The notes under the pieces are model-generated. The model was given only the letters and a program-made list of their open reading frames with translations. It was not told the origin of the DNA and did not search any database. A program made the position numbers and the translations under genes. This document shows, piece after piece, positions 11,790-25,789 of a stretch of DNA of 64,000 bases. The stretch spans positions 103,604,001 to 103,668,000 of the forward strand of contig NC_045696.1 of assembly GCF_009834535.1 (NCBI RefSeq). The letters are read 5' to 3'. The DNA comes from Camelus ferus (Eukaryota). How positions within the stretch are numbered: position 1 is the stretch's first letter; each line of letters begins with the position of its first letter.

Positions 11790-12292
11790 TAGTTGTAAAG
11801 GTTAGAAGCTTTCAGCTGCCAGCAGCAGAACACTCAATGAATGTGGCAGCAGCCATCAGACATTTATTGCTCACGTAACAAGAGGTCTGGTGGTAAGAAG
11901 TCCTGGAATTGGTTCGGTGTATCCACGACGTAATGAAGGAGCCCGGTTTCTTCTCCCACTCTGCCATCCACAGTTTGTGGTTTCCCCTGGTGGTGGTGCT
12001 GCCAGCTGTTGTAGCTCAAAGTGTCCTGTCCTCATGGGACAGTGGCCAAACAGAAAAAAAGGGAGAAGGGGCAAAACGGATCTCCTGCAAGGAAGCCTTC
12101 CTGGAAGCCTCTGCAACACTGTTTATTTCATTGTTCAAAATGGGACCACGTGCACACCCCCTAGATGTATCATTAACACAAGGAGTGAGGTTGCCGTGGT
12201 GGACGTGGCTGCCTGAGTGACTCTGGGCTATTGTTGGCAGGGAGGGAGGGTGAATTGCTTTTGGGTAAGCAGCCAACTATGTCTGCCACAGG
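11790..12292 (-). mobile_element. Old MLT1 (K-like) LTR
   Basis: catttattgctcacgtaacaagaggtctgg; ttttgggtaagcagccaactatgtctgccaca end. Confidence 0.55.
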
Positions 12293-13924
12293 GAACCAAA
12301 ATTTTCACACAAAGATGTTTGATGCAGTGTTACTCATAAATATAAAGAAATGGAAACTGTGGGGCTACAAAGTTACAGTACATTTATTTGGATGAAGAAA
12401 CGACTAAAACTAATAAGGCGTAGAAGCTGGCTTCTAACCAGGTCTGTCTGACTCCAAGCCCACTTTGTCAGTGGCTGCTTCCTCCTTGGGTTTAACAAAG
12501 GCATTAACACCACCAGAAGCAAAAGCAGTTAAAAACCCTTCAAAGCTTAGGTTACTTAATAAAAAACAGCCAAAGCAATACAGTCACCCCATTCTTCAGG
12601 GACTAGGGTTAGTTGAGGGGCTCCTGACACCCTGATCCCAACCGTCACTTTTGAGAGATTAGTAAGTCTCTTCTGAGACTCTCTGCCTGATTCCTGCCTA
12701 GAGACCAGAAACAGCTAGAAGTTAAAACAGCATGAGTTTAAGTTTCCATGGCTTCTGCCTGCTTTACCAGGTCACTCGTAATGAGACACCAAACACCTCC
12801 AACCAAACCCAGGGTATAAAAAGACTGATTACAGAAAAGCAGTTATTGGAGTATTTGGATAATAGTAATACAATTTTCTAACAATAATGGTAGATAATTG
12901 TCAAAATTAAAGGGATTCTTGTGGGTCTTTGGCTCAGGTTCTCCCTCCCGATTGTCTGCTGGTTCAATATGTACTGATTGGTTGTGCAGGTGGCAAACCC
13001 TACTGGCCTGTTACTTTTCTCACGCTACTTGTCTTCTAGAAATACACTGTTCCCCTCCCTCTTTTAGTTTTTCTATTAGACAACAGAAGTGGGTGTGGAG
13101 GAAAAGCTGGATGCTGCCTATTTAGTCACCTTAATTAGCTCATTAATAGATCTGACTATAGGTTTGATTGGAAAGAAAAAATTGCTGCCTTTTCTTTGGC
13201 ACTGTAATCTGGTTAGATAAGGAGTATCTAAAATTTAGACAGATCTCAAAATTCACAGTGTATTTTCTTCTCAAAGCCATGCTCACGTTTACTCGGAATA
13301 ACCACAACATTTTTCTTGGGCTTGCAAATGCCGTCACAGGCTCACTGTTTGCTTTGTATGAAGGGCGCACAGTTAGACCTGCTGTCTGCCGGGCTGGGGT
13401 AATCTCATCACCTTGAGGGCAATGGACCCACCCTGGTCATGGGTGCTTGACCATTTCACGCTGGTACCACAATCTCATTGATATCAGAGATTCAGTTTTC
13501 TGTCTATAGGTGCCAGGCTTGTGGGGTGGCTTGAAAAGCAACCATGAGACAAACAGCAACAACTGTTTTGCCTTCAGCCTCACAGCAAAATTGGAAGTGT
13601 GGCGTGCAGACACCTGTGAGAGCATCCGTGTTCTTGCCCTGGTCATTCCGTGGTCTCTCATGCCACGCCCCACACCCCACTTTGGAAATCTAGTCTCAAT
13701 GATGTGGAGGTTTCTCTCTCTCTGGAAAATTCCTCGTCACTCTTCAAGACTCAACTCAAAGTTTCCTTCTTTCCTTCCGTAGGGCCTCCCCAAATCTCTC
13801 AGGCAAAATTAATACCTCTCTTCTTGGTTCTCATGGCACATTAATAGCCACCCACACTGTACTGGGATGATTTGATTTTCTGTTTTCTTGACTATATGTC
13901 AAGTCTTCCAGAGTCAGAATATCT

Positions 13925-14062
13925 TTTTTGGGAGGGGTGGGGGTAGAGGAGGTAACTAGGTTGGTTGGTTTGTTTATTCATTTTTTCGTGGAGGTACTGG
14001 GGATTGAACCTAGGACCTTATTCTCGCTAGACAGGCACTCTATCACTGAGCTATACCCTCCT
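13925..14062 (-). mobile_element. tRNA-derived SINE (Vic-1-like)
   Basis: ggaggtactggggattgaacctaggacc...cactgagctataccctcc. Confidence 0.85.
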
Positions 14063-14099
14063 TCTAGAATAGTATCTTTATTTGATTTTCATGGCCTGG

Positions 14100-15240
14100 T
14101 TTAAAAATTATGGAATATTTTCTGTATACAATAGGACATGTATATATGTGTCTACAAGAGAATATATATGTAAAACATATGTAAGGAAATGATAATAATA
14201 ATAGTGATGATGATGAAAAAAAATCTGTGAAGCCAACCTTCCTTTAAGTACTGAGATGGGGACGCCTTCCCACGTGCGCCCTCCCTTCATCCCACACTCC
14301 TGAGGTTGTTATGTCCTCTAGTATTTATTATTCCCTTACTTTTTGTTATAGATTTATAATATAAGTATAAATCTTGTAAAAGAATGCCTGTTGGCCCCAA
14401 ATTGTTGGGTTGGGGATTTTAAATTTTGCCAATCGAGTGAGTGGAAACAGTATTTCATTGTAATTTTAATTTGCATTTCCACACTTCCTAATGAGTTGAG
14501 ACTCATAAAGCATGCTGAGGCATGGTTAAATGTGTTTGTTGGTCATTTGGGTTTCCTTTTTTAGTAAAAATCTGTTCTTGTCCCTATTATATTTTGCAAA
14601 AGGGTTGTTTTCTTTTTCTTTTTGGTTTGGGGGGTTCATTATATATTTGGATACCTATCCTTTGTCAGTTATATGTATTGAGAGCATACTCTACTAGCCT
14701 ATGGTTTGCCTTTTCATTTTTTTATGGCTTTTTCATGTGAACTCAGCTCCCCGATTTTAGTGTGGTTTAATTTGTCAATTATTTCCTTTTTTATATTACA
14801 TTTTGGTGTTGTGTTTAAAAATCCTTTCCCCCGTGGTCTTTAAAAAATTTTTTTTTATTTATTTTTTCTTTGCTCCATGGTCTTAAAGATACTCTGTATT
14901 TTCTGCTGAGAGCATTTAAGTTTTACTTTTCACATTTAACACTTTATTGAGAAAAGCAATAAATGAAGTGTTTGGATAACAGTAATGTGGACAAGGACCC
15001 CTAATTGTTCCCTGCACCATTTACTGGAAAGTTAGTCCTTTCCTGGCTGACCTGAGGGTCCCCTGTCATGTGTCACTCATGCTTAGGGGCTTTTGTTTCT
15101 GGTCCTTTGGTATATTTTTCTGTCCTTGGGCCAATAACACACCATTTAAATTACTACAGCTGTATGGTAAGTTGTATTTCCTGACATGGCAGTTCCTGCC
15201 CCATCCCCTACTCCCCCACATTCAGGAAAATTTGGGCTAT
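14100..15240 (-). mobile_element. Ancient L1 (L1ME-like) 3' fragment; host of the full-length L1, resuming at ~21834-22000 and ~22440-24640
   Basis: Degenerate L1 ORF2/3' motifs (ttttaatttgcatttcc; caccatttactggaaag) that continue collinearly after each insertion. Confidence 0.6.
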
Positions 15241-15243
15241 TTT

Positions 15244-18200
15244 TTTAAATTAAATTTTATTTTTTATTGATGTGTAGTTGATTTACAATGTTAGTTTCAG
15301 GTGTATAGCAAAGCAATTCAGTTATATATAAACATACATATATACACTTTCAGTTTCTTTTCCATTATATGTTATTATAAGAAATTGAATACAGTTCCCT
15401 GTGCAGTACAGTAGGCCCTTGTTGTTTATCTATTTTATATACAGTAATGTGTATCTGTTAATCCCAAACTCCTAATTTATCCTCCCCCTACTCTTTCACC
15501 TTTGGTAACCATAGTTTATTTTCTATGTCCATGAGTTTATTTTTGGATTGTAGATAAAATTTGTGTTTTTTTAGATTCCACATATAAGTGATATATGATA
15601 TATGTTTTTCTCTGTCTGACTGACTTCACTTAGTATGATAATCTCTAGGTCCATCCATGTTGCTGCAAATAGCATTATTTTATTCTTTGTTATGGCTGAG
15701 TGATATTCCAGTGTGTGTGTGTATACACACACACACACACACACACTATATACCACAACTTCTTTATCCAGTCATCTGTTGATGGACATTTAGGCTGTTT
15801 CTGTGTCTTGGCTATTGTAAATAGTGCTGCTGTGAACACTGGGGTCCGTGTGTCTTTTCAAATTATATTTTTCTCCAAGGGTAGGATTGCTGGATCATAG
15901 GGTAAGTCTATTTTCAGTTTTTTAAGGACCTTCATACTGTCCTCCATAGTGGCTGCACCAATTTACATTCCCATGAACAGTGTGGGAGGGTTCCTTTTTC
16001 TCTACAGCCTCTCCAGCATTTATTATTTGTAGACTTTTTAATGATGGCCATTCAGACTGCTGTGAGGTGATACCTCATTGTAGTTTTGATATGCATTTCT
16101 CTAATAATTAGCAATATTGAGTATCTTTTCTTGTGTCGGCCATCTGGATGCCTTCTTTGGAGAAATTTCTATTTAGATCTTATGCCTATTTTTTGATTGG
16201 GTTGCTTATTGTTTTGATATTAAGCTGTATGAGCTACTTATGTATTTTAGAAATTAGTCCCTTGTTGGTCCTGTCATTTACAAATATTTTCTCTCACCAT
16301 ATAGGTTGTCTTTTTGTTTTGTTTATGGTTTCCTTTGCTGTTCAAAAGCTTTTATGTTTAATTAGATCCCATTTATTTATTTTTGGTTCTATTTCCATTC
16401 CTGTAGGAGCTAGTTTGAGAAAAATATTACTGCAATTTATATCAAATAGTGTTCTGCCTATGTTTTTCCTTTAGGAGTTTTATAGTAACAAGCCTTACAT
16501 TTAGGTCTTTAATTCATTTTGAGTTTATTTTTGTAAATGGTGTTAGAGAATGCTCTAATGTCATTGTTTTACATGAAGCTGTTCAGTTTTCCCAGCACTA
16601 CTTATTGAAGAGACTCTTTTCTCCATTATATATATTCTTGCCTCCTTTGTTGTAGGTTTATTGACCATAAGTGGGTGGATTTATTTCTGGACTTTCTATC
16701 CTGTTCCATTGATCTATGTGTCTGTTTTTGTGCCAGTACCATGCTGTTTTGATTACTGTAGCTTTGTAGTATAGTCTGAAGTCAGGGAGCATGATTCCTC
16801 CAGGTCCGTTCTTCTTTCTCAAGATTGTTTTGGCTATTTGGGGTCTTCTGTGTTTCCATACAAATTTTAACATTTTTTTGTCCCAGTTCTGGTAAAAATG
16901 TCATTGGTAATTTGATAGGGATTGCAATGAATCTGATTATTTCCTTGGTAGTATGGCCATTTTAATAATATTGATTCTTCCAGTCCAAGAACAGGGTATA
17001 CCTTTCCATCTGTTTGTCGTCTTCCGTTACTTTCATCAGTGAATTATAGTTTTCGGAGTACAGGTCCTTTGCCTCCTTAGGTAGGTTTATTCCTAGGTAT
17101 TTTATTCTTTTTGGTGCAGTGGTAAATGGGATTGTTCCCTTAATTTCTTTTTCTGATATTTTGTTTTAGTGTATAGAAATGCAACAGCTTTCTGCATATT
17201 AATTTTGTATTCTGCAGCTTTAGTGAATTCATCGATGAGCTCTAGTAGTTCTCTGGTAGCATCTTTAGGATTTTCTGTGTATAGTATCGTGTCATCTGCA
17301 AACAGTGACAGTTTTACTTCTTTTCCAATTTGGATTCCTTTTATTTCTTTTTCTTCTCTGTGGCTAGGACTCCCAAAACTATGTTGAATAAAAGTGGCGT
17401 GAATGGGCATCCTTGTCTTGTTCCTGATCTTAGAGGAAATGCTTTCAGTTTTTCACCATTGAGTATGATATTAGCTGTAGGTTTGTCATTTATGGCTTTT
17501 ATCCTGTTGAGATATGTTCCCTCTATTGTTCACTTTCTGGAGAGTTTTTATTATGAATGGATGTTGAGTTTTATCAAAAGCTTCTACTTGAGATGATCAT
17601 ATGGTTTTTATTCTTCAGTTTGTTAATGTGGTGTAACACATTGATTGATTTGCAGATACTGAAATGTCCTTGATCCCTGGGATAAATCCCACTTGATCAT
17701 GGTGTATGATCCTTTTAATATATGATTGGAGTCTATTTGCCAGTATTTTGCTGAGGACTTTTGCATCTATATTCACCAGTGATATTGGCCTGTAATCTTT
17801 TTTGTGTGTGATATCTTTATCTGGTTTTGGTATCAGGGTGATGGTGGTCTCATAGAATGAGTTTGGAAGTGTTTCTGGAATAATTTCAGAAGGATACACA
17901 TTAACACTTCTCTAAATCTTTGGTAGAATTCCCCTGTGAAGCCATCTAGTCCTGTTTGTTGGGAATATTTAAACTACTGATACAATTTCAGTGCTGGTAA
18001 TTGGTGTGTTCATATTGTCTATTTCTTCCTGGTTTAGTCTTGGGAGATTGCACCTTTCTAAGAAATTGTCCATTTTTCTAGGCTGTCCATTTTGTTGGCA
18101 TCTAGTTGCTCATAGTAGCCTCTTATGATCCTTTGTATTTCTATGGTGATGGTGGTAAATTCTCCCTTTACATTTCTGATTTTATTAATTTGGGCCCTCC

Positions 18201-21200
18201 CTTTTTTTTTCTCAGTGAGTCTGGCCAAAGATTTATCCATTTTTTAAAAATCTTTTCAAAGAACCAGCTCTTTGTTTAATTGATCTTTTCTATTTTTTTT
18301 TTTTACTCTTTATTTCATATATTTCTGCTCTAATCTTTATGATCTCTTTCCTTGTACTAACTTTATGTTTTATTTGTTCTTCTTTCTCTAATTGCGTTAG
18401 GTGTAAGTTTAGGTTGTTTATTTGAGATTTTTCTTGTCTCCTGAGGTAAGCTCTTACCGCTATAAGCGTCCCTCTTAGATCTGATTTGGCTGCATGCCAG
18501 AGGTTTCGGATCTTCATGTTTTCATTTTCATTTGTCTCAAAGTAGTTTTTGATTTTTTCTTTGATTTCCTCAGTGATCCATTGGTTATTTAGTAGCATAT
18601 TGCTTAGCACCCACATGTTTGTGGTTTTTTTTCAGTTTTTTTCTTGTAGTTGATTTCTAATCTCATAGCATTGTGGTGGGAAAAGATGCTTGATATGATT
18701 TTAATTTTCTTAAATCTACCAAGACTTGCTTTGTGGGCCAACATGTGATTTATCTTGGACAATGTTCCATGTGCACTTGAGAAGAATGTGTATTCTGCTG
18801 CCTTCAGATGGAATGCTCTATAGATATCAATTAAGCCCATCTGGTCTAATGCATCATTTAAGGCCTGTATTTCCTTACTGACTTTCTGTCTGGATGATCT
18901 GTCCCGTGGTGTAAGTGGGATGTTAAAGTCCCTCACTATTATATTAATGTCAATTCTCCTTTCATATCTGTTAATATTTTCCTTACATGTTGAGGTACAC
19001 CTATGTTGGGTGCATATATATTTACAATTGCTATATATTCTTCTTGGATTGATCCCTGGATAATTATGTAGTGTCCTTCTTTGTCTCTGGTAACAGTCTT
19101 TATTGTAAAGTCTATCTCGTCTGATATAAGCATTGTTACTCCGGCCCTCTTTTGATTTCCATTTGTGTGGAATATCTTCTTTCATCCTCTGACTTTCAGT
19201 CTGCATGTGTCTCTAGATCTGAAGTGAGTCTCCTATAGGCTGGAAATATATGTTTTGTTTTTGTAACCATTCAGCCAGTGTGTGTCTTTTAGTTGTAGCA
19301 TTTAGTCCGTTTACATTTAAGATAATCATCTATATATATGTTCTTATTGCCATTTTGTTGATTGTTTGGGATTTGTTTTAGTAGGTCTTTTTCTTCCTTT
19401 TCTTCTTTTGTTCCCTTCTCTTGTGATTTGGTGACTCTCTTTAGTGTTATGTTTGGATTCCTTTTTCGTTTTTGTGTGTATATCTATTATAGATTTTTGG
19501 TTTGTGGTTACCAAAAGGTTTTGGTATAACATTCTGTATATAAATGTGATTGCTGTAAGTTGCTGATGTCTTATTTTCAAATGCATTTTAAGTACCCTGT
19601 GTTTGTACTCTCCTCCCCTCACGCTTGCTGGTTTTGATATCATATTTTACATTTGTTTGGTGTATCTCTTAACCGCTTATTGTGAATACAGATGACTTTA
19701 CTACTATTGTCTTTTCCCCTTCCTCCTAGTTTTTGTGAGAATGATTTCCTCCCTTTACTGTGTGTTTGCCTTTACCTCTGAGCTTTTCCATTTTGTAATT
19801 TTCTTATCTCTAGTTGTGGTCTTGTCTTTCCCACCTAGAGAAGTTCCTTTAGCATTTGTTGTAAAGCTGGTTTGGTAGTCTGAATTCTTTTCGCTTTTGC
19901 TTGTCTGTAAAGCTTTTGATTTCTCCATCAAATATGAATGAGAGCCTTGGTGGATAGAATATTCTTGGTTGTAGATTTTTCCCTTTCATCATTTGAAATA
20001 TATTATGCCACTCCTTTATGGCCTGCAAAGTTTCTGCTGAAAAATTAGCTGATGGTCTTATGGGAGTTCCCTTGTATGTTATTTGTTGCTTTTCCCTTGA
20101 TGCTTTTAATATTCTCTTTTTATCTTATAATTTTTGACATTTTAATTATAATATGTCTTGGTGTGTCCCTTTTTGGGCTAGTCCTGTATGGGACTCTGCA
20201 CTTCCTGGGCTTGGGGGACTGTTTCCTTCCCCAGGTTAGGGAACTTATCAGCTATTATCTCTTCAGATATTTTCTCGGGCCCTTTCTTTCCGTCTTCTCC
20301 TCTGGGACCCCTATAATGTGAATATTAATGTGCTTTATATTGTCCCAGAGGTCTCTTAAACTGTCTTCATTTCTTTTTATTCTTTTTTCTTTTTTTCTGT
20401 TCTGTGGCAGTGAGTCCCACCACTCTGTCTTTCAGCTTACTGATTTGCTCTTCTGCCTTGTTTAGTATACTGTTGGTTCTTTCTAGTGTATTTTTTATTT
20501 CAGTTTTTGTATTCTTCATCTCTGTTTGGTGGTTCTTTTTTTTTTTTTTTTTCCTATCTCTTTGCTAACAACTTCTATCTTCTCGCTCTGTTCATCCATT
20601 CTTCTCCCGAGATCTTTGATCATTCTTACAATCTTAATTCTAAACTCTTTCTCAGGTAGATTGCCTATCTACACATCACTTAGTTCTTCTGGGCTTTTAT
20701 CTTTGTCTGGAAGGTATTTCTCTGTTGCCTCATTTTGTTAAAATTTCTATTTGTATTATTATACATGTGGCAGGTTAGTAACGTTTCTCGACCTTGGAGA
20801 ATGTCTTGTAGGAAGACATCCTATGTGTCCCACCTGTGCATTCCCCTCTCATCACCCAGGGGCCTGTGGCCAACTGGCCTCAGGTTAGATTCTGGCCTTG
20901 TTTGCGGACTTGTTCCACAGGTTGCAAGATCAAACTTTTCCAGCTTTTGATGTCTGCCACCTAGTGGGTGAGGCTGGTCTAGAGGCTTGTGCCAGTTTCT
21001 GGCAGGAGAGGCTAGGTGCCTACCCACTACTGGGTGGAGCTAGGTTGGCCCTCTGGTGGGCAAGGCCATATCTAAGGGCAACTGTGGGGTCAGGAATTCT
21101 TCAGGCAGTCTGTGTGCTGATGAGTTGGGGGGTGTGTCTGGCTAGTTGTTTGGCCTGAGGTGTCCCAGTGCTGGCGCCTAAAGGCTGTTGGGTGGGACCA

Positions 21201-21815
21201 AGTCTCAGTGCTAATGTCCAAGCAAGATGTCAGCCTCCGGGAAGGAGAGTTCGTTCAGAAGAACACCCTCAAATGTCTGCTACCATGTCTATGTCCTCAG
21301 AGTGAGCTACAGCCGCCCCAGGAGATCCCCAAGACTAGTGGGCAGGTCTGGCCCGGCTTGTATGAAATTCCTGCTTTTGCCCTTGGTCCTAGTGAGCGTG
21401 AGATTTTCTGTGTGACTCTTAAGCATAAAGTCTCTGCTTCCCCCAGTCCCGTGGAGCTCCTGTAATCAAGCCCCACTGGGCTTCAAAGCCCAACGCTCTG
21501 GGGCTCCCCGTCCCAGTGCCAGACCCCCAGTCTGGGGAGACATGGGACTCAGAATCCTCACTTCCTTGGGAGAACTTCTGCAATATAATTATTCTCCAGT
21601 TTGTGGGTCACTCATCCTGGGGGTTTGGGACCTGATTATGTGGTGAGTCTGCCCCGCCTACTGGTCTCATCGTGGTTTCTTCAAGTTTTTATCTACAGAA
21701 GATCTTTTCTGGTAGTTCCCAGTCTTCTGTACTGATAGCTGTTCTGCAGTTAGTTGTGATCCTGGTGTGTCTGTGAGAGGTGAGCTCCAGCTCCTTCTAC
21801 TTCACCATCTTGGCT
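15244..21815 (-). mobile_element. Full-length decayed LINE-1 (~6.6 kb)
   Basis: 5' start caagatgg at ~21805-21812; GC-richer 5'UTR; ORF1 remnant; ORF2 pieces ([58 protein letters not shown]); A-rich tail; imperfect TSD gaaaatttgggctatttt / gaaattttggctattttt. Confidence 0.93.
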
Positions 21816-22014
21816 GAAATTTTGGCTATTTTTGGTCATTTCCTCTTTAATGTATGTTTTAAAATCAGCTGTTTTCAAGTTCCATGGGAAGCTCTGTTGG
21901 AATTTTGACTGGCATCGCATTGAATCTAAAAGTCAAGTTGGGGATAATTAATGCTTTTGTGATATTGAGTCTTCCTATCAATAAATATTTATTTTGATCT
22001 TCTCTCATGTCTGT

Positions 22015-22440
22015 GGCCGAGAACTGTCTAGTGGTTCACTGAGCTCACTCCCTTTTCTTTAGCTCACAGCAGGACTGCATCTCCCAGCTTCCCTAGAAGC
22101 ATGGTGTGGCCCCTGCGGGTGGCTTCCGAACTGTGGAATGAGAGCAGAGAGAGCCTTGTTCAGCACTCCCAGGCCTGGCTCTCCTCTGGAATTTTGCCTG
22201 CTCCAGCTCTTCCCCTAGCTGTAGACATGCAGGGGATCATGAAGAGGGTTCTGAGACCCCCAAGAAGTGATGAGGCCACAGAATGAAAGAAACTGGGTCC
22301 CCCAATTCCTGTATGGAAGTCTTCTCACTGAAGACCGACACTGAACTGCTAGGAGAGCAAGAAAAAAAGTATAAAACTTCTATTATGTTGTACTGTGGAG
22401 AGTTTGGAGTTTGTTCAAATAGTTTATTCTAATGAATCTT
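22015..22440 (+). mobile_element. Old MLT1-type LTR
   Basis: gactgcatctcccagcttccct; gccacagaatgaaagaaactgggtccc. Confidence 0.55.
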
Positions 22441-22810
22441 AGAATTACATTTTATAATTTTTCCCCATAGATGTCTATCTTGTTAGATTTTCTCTTAAGT
22501 ATATTATCTATTTTATTGTTGTTATATATGGCATTTTATTTAAAAAAAGTTTTTTTTTTTTAACCTGTTGCTGATATGTAAAAACACAATTAGTATGGGA
22601 CCCATGTCCAACGGTCTTGATCACATCTCTTATTCTATTAGTTTGGTTGTAGTGTCTTAGTGGTTTTTCTATGAAGACTATCACCTGATTTAATATTTTT
22701 TCCAATCATTTCATCTTTTATTTCTTATTCTTTCCTTATTTGTACTAGCTGGGACCTATATATGCAATGATTAGTTATAAGAACAGGCATTTTCATGTTC
22801 CATTTTTTTA

Positions 22811-23899
22811 AATTGAAGTATAGTTGATTTATAATATTGTGCTTTAGGTATACAGCAAAATGATTCAGGTATACATATACATATTACACATACATATTCT
22901 TTTCTGGATTCTTTTCCATTATAGGTTGTTTTAAGAAATTGAATATAGTTCCCTGTGCTATACAGTAAGTCTTTGTTGTTTATCTGTTTTATATAAAGTA
23001 GTGTGTATCTTTTAATCCCATACTTCTAATTTATCCACCCCTGCCTTTCTCCTTTGGTAACTATAAGTTTGTTTTCTATGTCTGTGAGTCTGTTTCTGTC
23101 TTGTAAATAAGTTCATTTGCATTTTTTTTTTTAGATTCCACATATAAGAGATATCATATGCTGTTTGTCTTTCTCTGTCTTACTTCAGTTAGTATGATAA
23201 CCTCTAGGTCCGTCCATGTTGCTGCAGATGGTAATATTTCATTCTTTTTTTATGGCTGAGTGGTATTCCATTGTATATATATGTCTATCTATCTTATCTC
23301 ACATCTTCTTTATGCATTCATCTGTTGATGGACACTTGGTTGATTCCATATCTTGGCTACTGTAAATAGTGTAGCTAGAACATTGGGGTGCATGTATCTT
23401 TTTGGATTAGAATTTTTGTCTTTTCTGAATATATGCCCAGGAGTGGGATTGCTAGATCATATTGTAACTCTGTTTTTAGTGTTTTAAGGAACCTCCATAC
23501 AGTTTTCCATAGTGGCTACACCAATGTACAGTCCCACCAACAGTGCATGAGGGATCCCCTTTCTCCAAACCCTCTCCAGCATTTATTATTGGTAGACTTT
23601 CTGATGATGACCGTTCTGACTGGTGTGAGATGATACCTCACTGTAGTTTCTTTTTTTTTTTTTTATTGTGGTATGGTTCCTCCATTAAACTACACATATT
23701 TCTCATTGTAGTTTTGATTTTGATTTGCATTTCTCTAAAAATTAGTGATGTTGAGCATCCTTTCATGTGCCTGTTGGCCATCTGTATGTTTTCTTTGGAG
23801 AGATGTCTATTTAGGTCTTCTGCCCATTTTTTGATTGGGCTCTGTTTTTTTGTTTTTTTTTTTTTGAATATTGAGTTGTATGGGCTCTTTGTATATTTT
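22811..23899 (-). mobile_element. 5'-truncated LINE-1 3' end
   Basis: [29 protein letters not shown] tgttccattttttta (22796-22810) / tgttccattgtttta (23900-23914). Confidence 0.9.
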
Positions 23900-24097
23900 T
23901 GTTCCATTGTTTTAAGCTTACAGTGCTTCACTGTTAAGAATGGTATCTGCCGTAGTATTTTAGGGATGTCCTTTATCTGGTTTCTCGTTTTTTATAGTTT
24001 TGTTTAATCATTATTCAATCTTTTCTGTCTCTATTTAGATGATCGTTTTACTTCTTCAATCTGTTCATGTGGTCGGTTACATTAATAGATTTTCTAA

Positions 24098-24485
24098 TGT
24101 TAAAAAGAAGACACCAGGCCCCAAACGCAGTCAGTCATGCTAAGCCCCACATCACCAAATTGAGACTTACAGTTTCTGGCTCTCCCAGTAATGGAATCTT
24201 AAACTGAATCAGTCAGGAATTGCCTGATCAGCACTAGTGAGGTCACCTGCCTGAGAGACCCCTGCCATCTCCTAGAGGAAAGTAACCCTGCAGTACTCAC
24301 CCTGCTTTTTGGCCCAGTGTGCCTCCCTTGTCCCTGCCCCATTCTGCCTGTAGAAGTCTTTCACTTTGCCCAGCTCCTCACAGCTCCTTTCCATCTCCCT
24401 GATGGGGTGCTGTCTCACTTGTGAGTTGGTGAATAAAGCCAGAAAGGTCTTCAAAATTCACTCAGCTGAATTTCAGTTTTGGATA
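24098..24485 (+). mobile_element. Solo ERV LTR, 388 bp
   Basis: TG start, internal AATAAA (24432-24437), 4-bp TSD CTAA (24094-24097, 24486-24489); splits the old L1. Confidence 0.7.
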
Positions 24486-25531
24486 CTAATATTAAACCAA
24501 CCTTGTCTGAGATAAACCCAACTTGGTCATGTCATCGTTTAGTTGCTGGTCAATGCCTGATTTGGTTTGCTGCTTTTCTAGTTAGGATTTTGCATGAGCG
24601 AGATGGCCTCTGAATTTTTTTCTTGCTTTTTGTCTGGGTATCAAAGTGATATGACACCAGCGTGGCTGGGGTCTCCATTGAGAAAGCATCTGAGGGCCTG
24701 GAGGCAGTTGGGAGACACATAAACTGCAGATTTCATAGATTGCTTCCCTGGCCTGCAGAGGAGAAAATAGAGCAGTGACAGATGGACACGGTGACTTCAG
24801 CTCTGCTAAATCTGCATGCACAATCGAGACTGGAGGGGACTTCAGGAGTTAAATGGCCTTGTGAGCATTTGGTGGGATGCGGTAGGATATGGTGCTAAGA
24901 CTATGAAAAGGACAAGCATTCCAGACCCAGAGTGTCCTGGGTTCAAACCCTGGCTCTCCCACTCCTTAGCTTTGTTGTTTTGGACATAGAGATCACCTAC
25001 TCTGAGCCTCCACTTCCCATTCTTAAGTGTAGATTGAAAGGAGAGGTTAAGCATGTGGCAGCTAATTGGCTCAGTAGTTGTGGGAATTATCCTTACAGAA
25101 GAAAAATGTTTGAGTGTTGTTACAAAGCGGTTATAATAATTGCAAGATTGAAAGATATTTCTGGTTAGTACATGTTCATTGTAGAAAATTTGAAAAGTAC
25201 GTAAATACCTGTTTCAAACCCTGGATCTGCTGGCCACTTCTTAGGCAGTTATGTCATCTCCCTTAGACTTAGTTTCCTGCTCTGTAAAATGGGTCCAGAA
25301 GCATCTCCTCATAAGGTTGTGTGAACATTAAATAAGAGAACGTTTATAAAACGTTCAGCCTGGCAGACGGCAGATGCTCAGGTTGTTGATTATTAATATC
25401 ACAGTTGCTATGAAAGAGAGAGATTTATTCATCCCTGCCCTGAACACTCACAGGTGCACACACCATTATCTGGAACACCCATTTCTCTCTCTCTTTTGAT
25501 GTCAGCAGCGCCCCACAAAAATCTGTTTCCA

Positions 25532-25688
25532 GGGGGAGGGTATAGCTCAGTAGTAGAGTGCCTGCTTCACATGCGTGAGGTCCTGGTTTCAATCCGCTGT
25601 ACTTCCATTTAAAAAATAAACCTAATTACCTCTCCCTCCCCAAAAATAACAACAAACAAATAAAATAAAATTTTCAAAGAAGAAAAGA
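25532..25688 (+). mobile_element. tRNA-derived SINE (Vic-1-like)
   Basis: ggggagggtatagctcagtagtagag; TSD-like atctgtttcca / atctttttcca. Confidence 0.85.
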
Positions 25689-25789
25689 ATATCTTTTTCC
25701 AACTCAGCCAGGAAGGGGAGGGATGCTAGCAGAAATGTGACCAGTTTCTCCAAGAAACAGTCCGAACTGATAATCCATATTAAAGTTCA

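Noticed and set aside
15711..15746. (GT)n-(AC)n hairpin microsatellite
   Set aside because: Common slippage product in L1 3' regions
16658..19206. Endonuclease/reverse transcriptase-like ORFs as a novel RT system
   Set aside because: Fragments of a standard, broken L1 ORF2
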